Virus record (IMG/VR): IMGVR_UViG_3300033513_000042
Coordinates: 1-26,875 of that record
Reading direction: 5' to 3' (one strand)
Source of the DNA: a virus
Lineage: Duplodnaviria > Caudoviricetes
DNA length: 26,875 nt
Part shown: positions 9,287 through 15,574 of the stretch, piece by piece
Layout of the letters: the number at the start of each line of letters is the position of its first letter
How positions within the stretch are numbered: position 1 is the stretch's first letter
Notes under the pieces: generated by a model
Databases searched by the model: none
Seen by the model: the letters and a program-made list of their open reading frames with translations, nothing else
Told to the model about the DNA's origin: nothing
Position numbers and translations under genes: made by a program

Positions 9287-9914
9287 CTACAACTACCTGT
9301 GCGGGGTGCTGATTCTGCAGCACGGATGCGAACTTGTTCACCAGCATGTCCAGCGCTGCGGCCTGCGGCGTCTGCGCCCCAGTATCGCCGTCCTCAGGGT
9401 CCTGCAGCACGGTGGTGATGCCCAGCGCCTGCCGCTCCAGCAGCACCAGCGTCTTCATGCTGGTGGACAGCTTGACCATGATATTAGCGCGGCGCTGCAA
9501 CTCCTCAAGCTCTGGCTCATCCTCCTCAGCCTGCGCGGTCAGCACCCGGTCCATCAGCGTGGTGCAGGCGGTACGGGCCGCGCTTATATCCTTGCGGTGC
9601 TTACTCAGCACCTCCGCCTGCATGGCGGCGTTCACCTTCTCTATCACCTCAAGCTCGGCGCGGCGGCGGGCGTTCATGGCCTCGGTGTTCGCCAGCAGCA
9701 GGGCGGCAGCTTGCGCGGTGGTGTTGCGGGCTCTGTCCCGCGTCCAGCCGCAGCGGCTGGCATGACTTATGAGTGCAGTGGGCTGCACTCCAATCTCAGC
9801 CGCAATAGTCGGCGCTGATTTGTCCGTACTCTCCCACTGGAGCTGGGCGTAGGCCCAGTCGTTCTTCCTACCCGGGGCTACGGCTATGGTGGATGGAGAT
9901 GGTACGTGAGACAT
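9252..9914 (-). CDS. terS: Putative terminase small subunit
   Basis: N-terminal HTH-like SAPTIAAEIGVQPTALISHASRCGWTR, helical body, directly upstream of and overlapping terL. Confidence 0.65.
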   Translation of the reverse strand: MSHVPSPSTIAVAPGRKNDWAYAQLQWESTDKSAPTIAAEIGVQPTALISHASRCGWTRDRARNTTAQAAALLLANTEAMNARRRAELEVIEKVNAAMQAEVLSKHRKDISAARTACTTLMDRVLTAQAEEDEPELEELQRRANIMVKLSTSMKTLVLLERQALGITTVLQDPEDGDTGAQTPQAAALDMLVNKFASVLQNQHPAQVVVDVTPAATDQPA

Positions 9915-10114
9915 TAACGTTTCTTGGCCTTTACTGAAGAACGCACCTTCTTTGACGGTGTCTTCTTCACCGCGGCGTTGGCTATGCGGATGGCCTTGCC
10001 TTCGTCGCCAGTCTTACCCAGCACCGCGTTCGCCACAGATGACCACTGACGCTTGGTGGCCTGCGTGGTGGCCTTGCCCGTGTGGCGGCTGGCGTCACTC
10101 ATTGCCCATGGCAT
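9914..10114 (-). CDS. Small basic ChaB-like protein
   Basis: MPW...QWSSVANAVL...GDEGKAIRIANAAVKK resembles the ChaB-like pattern; Lys-rich tail. Confidence 0.5.
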   Translation of the reverse strand: MPWAMSDASRHTGKATTQATKRQWSSVANAVLGKTGDEGKAIRIANAAVKKTPSKKVRSSVKAKKR

Positions 10115-10116
10115 GA

Positions 10117-10335
10117 TTAAGAATCCCCACTGTAATTGTGATACCCATTGTATCCAGTAAGGGGGCGGTAGCCGGGGTCGCCACAGTCAAGGTACATCTG
10201 TAGGCGTGCGGGTACATCCTTGTTGGGGTTGTGGTGAATTACCGCATCAAGCTCATAGCTGCCGGTAAGATTGGGGGTGTGCCTCCATTCCTCCGGAGCG
10301 CATTGATGGCAGGGGAAGCCCTTTGACATTTTCAT
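10117..10335 (-). CDS. Hypothetical protein, first gene of the late operon
   Basis: ATG with AAAGGAG RBS downstream of the promoter at 10384-10412; one CxxC. Confidence 0.6.
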   Translation of the reverse strand: MKMSKGFPCHQCAPEEWRHTPNLTGSYELDAVIHHNPNKDVPARLQMYLDCGDPGYRPLTGYNGYHNYSGDS

Positions 10336-10383
10336 GCCTGTACTCCTTTGATAAGGGTGTATAGTCCTTAAGACTACGTGCGC

Positions 10384-10412
10384 AGTATAGCCGGTTACCG
10401 GGGCGTGCGCAA
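10384..10412 (-). promoter_or_regulatory. Sigma70-like promoter for the packaging/head operon
   Basis: TTGCGC-17 nt-TATACT on the minus strand. Confidence 0.65.
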
Positions 10413-10805
10413 GTGCATCACCTGTGCCGGGAACTGAAAATAAAATTCTCGAACATCGACAGCCAGAATTTGGAGCGGGGTACTTAGCTCTCTATACAAG
10501 GTACTTAGAATCAAGCGCTCGGAGCTACGTGCATAGCGGTAGAGAACGACTCCGCCCTTTACCCCTCCCTGCCTCAATTCCGGTTCAGGCTAGTCAGTTC
10601 GTCGTCCGGGGGTCCCTACTTATATAAGCCATATACTAAGTGTGCAGTGCCTAACGCTAGTGTCCACTAACATAGTACTCAGCAGTGAGTACTAACTTCT
10701 TCGTACCAAGTGGTTTCAGTTAGTAAGCACTTACATCTTCCATCCTAGGGTAACCCCTTATACCTTGATAGTAAGCGCTAACATCATCTAAATTGTAACA
10801 AGGGC

Positions 10806-10833
10806 TTGTATCGCTGCGCAGTGGCGCTATCAT
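10806..10833 (+). promoter_or_regulatory. Sigma70-like promoter of the GA/TC-depleted gene
   Basis: TTGTAT-16 nt-TATCAT about 65 nt upstream of ATG 10897. Confidence 0.6.
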
Positions 10834-10896
10834 ACTTGCATGCTGCGCAGTGCAGTAAGCCACCCGGGGCCTTGTACCGGGCAAAGGTAATGCAAA

Positions 10897-11379
10897 ATGG
10901 CAAACACCACAGCCAAGGCCACCAAGGCCACCAAAGCCCCCAAGGCCACCACCAAGCAAGCCGCCCCCGGCTTTGTGCAGGGCGTAGGCTTTACCGCCCC
11001 CGCCGCACCGGCCAGCCCGTTGCCCACGGTGCAAACCCCCACGCTGCAAAGCGTGCCCGCCACCACGGTGCAGGTGCCCGCCCAGTACATGGGCTTGCCC
11101 TTTGACCAACTGACCAAAAGCCAACAAGCCTTTGCCACGGCCAAGCGCCCGGTGCAGGTAGCCCCCAAGCTGGCCCAGGCCGCGCTGCAGCTGGGCACGG
11201 TGGCCTACAAGGTGCGCAGCGGCAACAATGCCCACTGGTGGGCAGCGTGCCAAACCGCCATGCAGGCCAACAACGGCCAAGCCACGGCGGCGCAAATGGT
11301 AGCCGCTGGCGCCTGCCCCAAGTTTGTGGGCTACGCGGTCAACCGTAAGTGGCTGGCCGCAGCACCGGCCACGGCCTAA
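10897..11379 (+). CDS. Basic Ala/Thr/Gln/Lys-rich protein encoded by GA/TC-depleted DNA; candidate immediate-early protein
   Basis: 160 aa, AAAGGT RBS, own promoter and terminator; no Glu, no Ile, one Asp. Confidence 0.8.
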   Translation: MANTTAKATKATKAPKATTKQAAPGFVQGVGFTAPAAPASPLPTVQTPTLQSVPATTVQVPAQYMGLPFDQLTKSQQAFATAKRPVQVAPKLAQAALQLGTVAYKVRSGNNAHWWAACQTAMQANNGQATAAQMVAAGACPKFVGYAVNRKWLAAAPATA

Positions 11380-11405
11380 CGCCAGGGGCGCAAGCCCCTG
11401 CCCCC

Positions 11406-11431
11406 AAGCCCCGGGCGCTGCCCGGGGCTTT
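11406..11431 (+). terminator. Rho-independent terminator
   Basis: AAGCCCCGGGC-gct-GCCCGGGGCTT then TGT; a second hairpin CAGGGGC-gcaa-GCCCCTG lies just upstream. Confidence 0.75.
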
Positions 11432-11460
11432 GTCGCCTGCGATTTGAAGTAAGCGCTAAC

Positions 11461-11890
11461 TTCTCAATCCCTGATCTGCGATCCAAGAACTAAGACCGTC
11501 CAGCACAGCCTCTCAGTCCCCGATCCTTGACCTTTAGCACCAGCGCCAGCGCCCAGGCACTGCCAAGCACCGACGCCAGACCATCTAGCAGCGCGTAGGA
11601 CGCGCTCAGCCCCCAGTGCCTAGGCTACCCCACCAGCACGGGACGGCAATGCGTCGTATGCAGTTCTCAGTTCTAAGCTCTCAGTCCCTGATCAAAGACC
11701 AGAGTCGCTCAGCACTGAGTTCTCCGTTCGTAGTCTTCAGTTCCTAGGAATAAATTCTAAACTCGCGTGTGCGAGTGACTATGAGATTAGAATTGAGCGC
11801 TAAGAATCAAGTGTGTAGTGCTTAGGATTAAGATCTGCGGGACTGGTGGATGCGTCACAGTAGCACGCATTTGGTGCTCAGTTCGTAGCT
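11461..11890. repeat. Degenerate 7-bp-period repeat array
   Basis: TTCTCAA TCCCTGA TCTGCGA TCCAAGA ACTAAGA; TTCTCAG TTCTAAG CTCTCAG TCCCTGA TCAAAGA; TTCTCCG TTCGTAG TCTTCAG TTCCTAG. Confidence 0.65.
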
Positions 11891-11904
11891 TTTAAACCAC
11901 ATCT

Positions 11905-12129
11905 TGTAATGGTGTAATGCTGTAATGGCACCCCAAAACCTATATATATTACGCATACGGCACTTGAAACGACATACTAGCCATTATGGGGGTCGTATGG
12001 CGCAAATGAATCTAAACACTTTACACCCGCACACATATGCTTAATATTGCCATTACACCATTACACCATTACAAACCAAGCAAATAGCGTTTAAAACCAA
12101 GCACTTAGCCTGTAATGGTGCTGTAATGG
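11905..12129. repeat. Iteron-like TGTAATGG/CCATTACA repeats, putative replication origin
   Basis: Three copies at 11905-11928 (one TGTAATGC), three inverted copies at 12050-12073, two more at 12111 and 12122, with AT-rich spacer TATATATATT. Confidence 0.7.
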
Positions 12130-12160
12130 TGGACGCTTTTAAGCCCCCCACCCTTACAGT

Positions 12161-12583
12161 TTACGGACCCCGGCGCAGCCCAATGTACTTATTCTTGACC
12201 GGCGCACCGCCTCCACCAGTGTACCGATTCCCCCTATTCTCCTTCTTAGCCTTGAATGCTTTGCGCTTTATTTCGCTGTGCATGGTGTCTTCAGGTGGAG
12301 TTTTGCCAGTCAAGTGAGCAATGACCTCAACAAAGTCTTCATACTTCTCATGATCACGTACACTGTAGAGCCCGTAGCTCCTGCCCGCCCCAGGCCATGG
12401 AATTTGCACCTTAGCACCATCACGCAGCACTGGGCGTATAGCGCCAGCAGCCACTAGCGCTGCGCAGGCTTGCCGCATGTGAATCATCTGCACCTCACGT
12501 ACTCTAAGCCTGTACCGCATGCTGGCTATTTCACCGCTGGTGTATATGTCTCTGTGAGAGGGAAATGTGATCTCTTCTTTCAT
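12161..12583 (-). CDS. Stand-alone paralog of the primase-helicase C-terminal (winged-helix-like) domain
   Basis: AGGAG RBS; IYTSGEIASMRY...AL...G...EKYEDFVEVIAHL aligns by eye with LYTSKELASLHY...AL...G...EQWEDTEVVRRHL of 15575..17734. Confidence 0.75.
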   Translation of the reverse strand: MKEEITFPSHRDIYTSGEIASMRYRLRVREVQMIHMRQACAALVAAGAIRPVLRDGAKVQIPWPGAGRSYGLYSVRDHEKYEDFVEVIAHLTGKTPPEDTMHSEIKRKAFKAKKENRGNRYTGGGGAPVKNKYIGLRRGP

Positions 12584-12644
12584 CTTGCTCTCCTACGCTA
12601 ATTACTGGGCTTACCATGTTACCCCATCGCTCAGTTCTCAGTAC

Positions 12645-12688
12645 TAAGGGTTTACCCCTAAATATTCCCGTGCTGGATGCCCTATACT
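12645..12688 (+). promoter_or_regulatory. Box-type promoter (palindrome plus -10)
   Basis: TAAGGGTTTACCCCTA, 22 nt, TATACT. Confidence 0.7.
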
Positions 12689-12717
12689 GCCCCCATAGCA
12701 ACTACAGGCCACCTACC

Positions 12718-13056
12718 ATGCTAGTAGCCGCCAAGCACCGCATACTGACCGTGAGCACTGCGCTTGTGGATCAGACCAACTCGTTCCCAATTAACCTGAG
12801 GAGCAAGCACGCCACCGCGCTACTCAAGCAGCAGTACCCCACGGGGCTGCTCTGGTGTCTTCAGGTGCCAGACCCCACCAACCCCGCGCGTGAGGTCTAC
12901 ACCCAGGCCGACCTTGCCGAGCGCCGCCGCCTAGCGCTTACCCACCCCGTACAGCATGGCGAGACTGTAGAAGTCAACGGCCAACTCTACACCGTGCGCA
13001 TCATTGGCCCACATGAGATGTGCGCCGTGCTGGAACCTCAACTCCTGGAGGCTTGA
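12718..13056 (+). CDS. Hypothetical protein (start uncertain)
   Basis: ORF downstream of the box promoter; C-terminal HGETVEVNGQLYTVRIIG looks protein-like; weak RBS. Confidence 0.5.
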   Translation: MLVAAKHRILTVSTALVDQTNSFPINLRSKHATALLKQQYPTGLLWCLQVPDPTNPAREVYTQADLAERRRLALTHPVQHGETVEVNGQLYTVRIIGPHEMCAVLEPQLLEA

Positions 13057-13057
13057 C

Positions 13058-13387
13058 ATGATAACGCCCACCCCCACCAACGTACAGCCTACGCAACTGG
13101 CGTACGTCATAGCCCAGTCTGATGAGGAAGTTCTGCGTGGTCGGTTCGTCATCGTGGAGCGGCAGCTCACTGAGGCAGCAATCAACCACCCCACACAGGG
13201 TCTGCTGGTGCGTCACCCTTCACACGCAGTGACTTGGTGGTGCCGCGCCGCCACTGCGCAGCACCTGCTGCCCTGGCGGGGTGCGCAGGTGCTGCGCCGC
13301 CCCATTACCGACCGCGTGCTGCGCCCCGTGTCCGCACCCCCGCAGGCTGAGCACGCCACACCAACCTTCAAGGAGCTGACTGAATGA
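13058..13387 (+). CDS. Hypothetical protein, paralog A
   Basis: GGAGG RBS; shares AYV..LRGRFV.V.R, WWCRAATA and RPI.D..LRP with 13601..13933. Confidence 0.75.
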   Translation: MITPTPTNVQPTQLAYVIAQSDEEVLRGRFVIVERQLTEAAINHPTQGLLVRHPSHAVTWWCRAATAQHLLPWRGAQVLRRPITDRVLRPVSAPPQAEHATPTFKELTE

Positions 13388-13608
13388 CATCACCCATCCA
13401 CCCCCTGCTAGCTCTCGCCGTCCTGGTTCTGATAGTGCTGGCCGTGATGCTGGTACTCGGCGGCATACTCTTCATAGCTGAGCGGCTGGCCCAGCACCCC
13501 GCCCGCACCAACGGCCACCTTCAGTGCCAGCACGTCTACCAGATTTACACCCTGCACCCGCCGCGTGCCCGGTGCATACTGTGCGATAAGGAGTACGAGC
13601 ATGTCTAA
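13384..13608 (+). CDS. Small membrane protein with C-terminal CxH...CxxC
   Basis: Hydrophobic N-terminal stretch, CQH...CILC, ATGA overlap with upstream gene. Confidence 0.65.
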   Translation: MTSPIHPLLALAVLVLIVLAVMLVLGGILFIAERLAQHPARTNGHLQCQHVYQIYTLHPPRARCILCDKEYEHV

Positions 13609-13933
13609 CGTCCGCCCTGGGCAACCCGCCTACGTCACACAAAGCTGCAACGAGGCCGACTTGCGAGGCAGGTTCGTAGTCGTCGATCGTGCGTACGATG
13701 GAAAAGAATTTGTGGTGGACAAGGGACCACTGAGGCTGTTGATTGTCCCCCTTACAAAGGACCTGCAGTGGTGGTGCCGCGCCGCCACCGCTGGCGACAC
13801 CCTGCCCCTGCAGGGCTTCAACCTAAAGGAGCGCCCCATACCGGACGCCTACCTCCGCCCGCTGACTCCGCCCGACCAACCGGCTGAGACTACGGACACA
13901 TCCATCACCAACCACCAGGAGCTGACTGTATGA
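13601..13933 (+). CDS. Hypothetical protein, paralog B
   Basis: AAGGAG RBS; paralog of 13058..13387. Confidence 0.75.
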   Translation: MSNVRPGQPAYVTQSCNEADLRGRFVVVDRAYDGKEFVVDKGPLRLLIVPLTKDLQWWCRAATAGDTLPLQGFNLKERPIPDAYLRPLTPPDQPAETTDTSITNHQELTV

Positions 13934-14376
13934 AGACCATTACCATCCCCACCGCCCTGCGTGCCGTGGCCCGCGCCTACTACAACACCAATGACCCACG
14001 CTTGGACAAAGAGTTCGGCATCTGTCACGCTATGGTGCTGCTGTCTGGCACCGTGGGCTTCGGACTGAGCCTGCTGCTGGAGCGCGGGGGCTTCAAGCCA
14101 AGACGCGGCAGCCTGTACCTGTGCGCACCGGGCACCCGCTGGGGTCAGCGGGCTATGTTCTGCCTTGTATTCGCTGAGTACTTGGACTCTCTGACGCCGA
14201 AGCAGCGTGTACGGCTAGCCTACCCCCGGGCGGTGTGCCGTAGCAGAAAGATTTACGGGGGCGCCACCGCATCCTGGGCCGTGTATAGCACCGCTGGAGA
14301 TACGATACCTCTGGCTACTTCCACCCGCAGCGCTGACGACGCGTGGCTGCAGGCCACGCGCTACCGCATCAGCTAA
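13930..14376 (+). CDS. Hypothetical protein
   Basis: ATGA overlap and AGGAG RBS, in operon. Confidence 0.7.
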   Translation: MKTITIPTALRAVARAYYNTNDPRLDKEFGICHAMVLLSGTVGFGLSLLLERGGFKPRRGSLYLCAPGTRWGQRAMFCLVFAEYLDSLTPKQRVRLAYPRAVCRSRKIYGGATASWAVYSTAGDTIPLATSTRSADDAWLQATRYRIS

Positions 14377-14387
14377 GGAGACAGGGC

Positions 14388-14699
14388 ATGCAAACCAGAA
14401 AACAAATTGCAGAAGTGTTCCGCCAAGCCAAGCAGCACCTGCGCCCCGCTGGTGGCGTGCTATTCATATGCACCGCCATTTCCCGCACTGGCACCTCGCA
14501 CGCAGCCAAGCAAGCGGCACGCCGCATAGTTGAACAGCGCCTGCACCCCCACAACGTGCTTGAGTACTGGTTGGAGAATACAGGCAATGCATCGCTACAG
14601 GAGCTAGAGGCGGACCTACGTTCCGGCATGCACAGAATTCAAGCTACGCGGCATGCGTGGCTTGATAGTTTGATCGATGAATTTTCAAAGGAGAAATGA
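14388..14699 (+). CDS. Hypothetical protein
   Basis: AAGGAG RBS; FICTAI...LEYWL...RHAWLDSLI segments. Confidence 0.75.
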   Translation: MQTRKQIAEVFRQAKQHLRPAGGVLFICTAISRTGTSHAAKQAARRIVEQRLHPHNVLEYWLENTGNASLQELEADLRSGMHRIQATRHAWLDSLIDEFSKEK

Positions 14700-14700
14700 A

Positions 14701-15486
14701 ATGGAAGATTTGAACTGGGATGCACTGAACGCCGTGCATGACTACGCCTTGGCCCAGGCCAGGGTGGACGCACCCCCGCAGCTACTGCTACTGAGCACCT
14801 CACCTATGGGTGAAGTGCTGCACCGCGCAGAACTGCCGGCGGAAGTGATGCTGAAGTTCCTCAGCATGGGCGCTGCGGGCAAGTACGTGCTGGCCAAGCT
14901 CATGGCTGACGTGCTTACCGAGGGATCATTCCCCAGGTCCCTATTCCACAAGGAACATGGGTTCTACCCCAACGGGCTGGCCCAGGTCAACGAAGCTTGG
15001 GTGACCGAGCACCCCAAGGACGCAGACACCAGCAATCTGCCCTTACCGTCTGAGGACCCCAACCGGCGTGAGGTGCTGCTGGTCGTCGTGCATACAGCCG
15101 CCCGCAGCGTGCCAGCGTGGCACCCCATTGTGGAGCAGCCGCACCGCCATGTGGAGCCTGCGCCCTTCCCTAAGGAGGGGGATTTGGTCAACGTGAGCGG
15201 GCGGTTTACGGGCCAGCACACCAAGCAGGCCGCGCCGGTGTCGGTTGCGGAGTTTGCCGCCCGGTACCCCCAGGCGTACGCCTGCATGCTGAGCATGATT
15301 GAGCTCACCAAGAGCCCCGCCGGTAAGATTACTGAGCTGGTAGCCCACTGCATGTCCATCTTCGACGAGCGTGGCATGGCAAAGATGGAGGAAGCGTTTG
15401 AGCGTGTAGGCCCTGAGCGCGCGGCGGAGATTTTGCAGCGCGTGTACGCCGCCCACGGCAGCCCCACCGCCCCCACGGTGCACTAG
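14701..15486 (+). CDS. Hypothetical protein
   Basis: AAGGAG RBS; NEAW...PSEDPNRREVL segment; last gene before the terminator. Confidence 0.75.
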   Translation: MEDLNWDALNAVHDYALAQARVDAPPQLLLLSTSPMGEVLHRAELPAEVMLKFLSMGAAGKYVLAKLMADVLTEGSFPRSLFHKEHGFYPNGLAQVNEAWVTEHPKDADTSNLPLPSEDPNRREVLLVVVHTAARSVPAWHPIVEQPHRHVEPAPFPKEGDLVNVSGRFTGQHTKQAAPVSVAEFAARYPQAYACMLSMIELTKSPAGKITELVAHCMSIFDERGMAKMEEAFERVGPERAAEILQRVYAAHGSPTAPTVH

Positions 15487-15531
15487 GGGCCTCACGCGAG
15501 GGTCTAGCGCCGCTCACACGCGCTTAAAAGC

Positions 15532-15566
15532 AAAGCCCCGGGGGTAGGCACTACCCCCGGGGCTTT
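15532..15566. terminator. Bidirectional terminator between convergent genes
   Basis: Perfect 16-bp inverted repeat AAAGCCCCGGGGGTAG-gca-CTACCCCCGGGGCTTT. Confidence 0.85.
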
Positions 15567-15574
15567 ATTGCGGC

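Larger units (their letters stand above)
10660..11460. repeat. Dispersed quasi-palindromic GTRAGYRCTWAC boxes
   Basis: GTGAGTACTAAC 10685, GTAAGCACTTAC 10723, GTAAGCGCTAAC 10771 and 11449, degenerate GTGTCCACTAAC 10660. Confidence 0.7.

Noticed and set aside
10720-11295. Overlapping ORFs 10720..11295, 10830..11198 and 10806..11105
   Set aside because: Open partly because GA/TC depletion removes TGA stops in this GC-rich tract; only 10897..11379 has promoter, RBS and terminator
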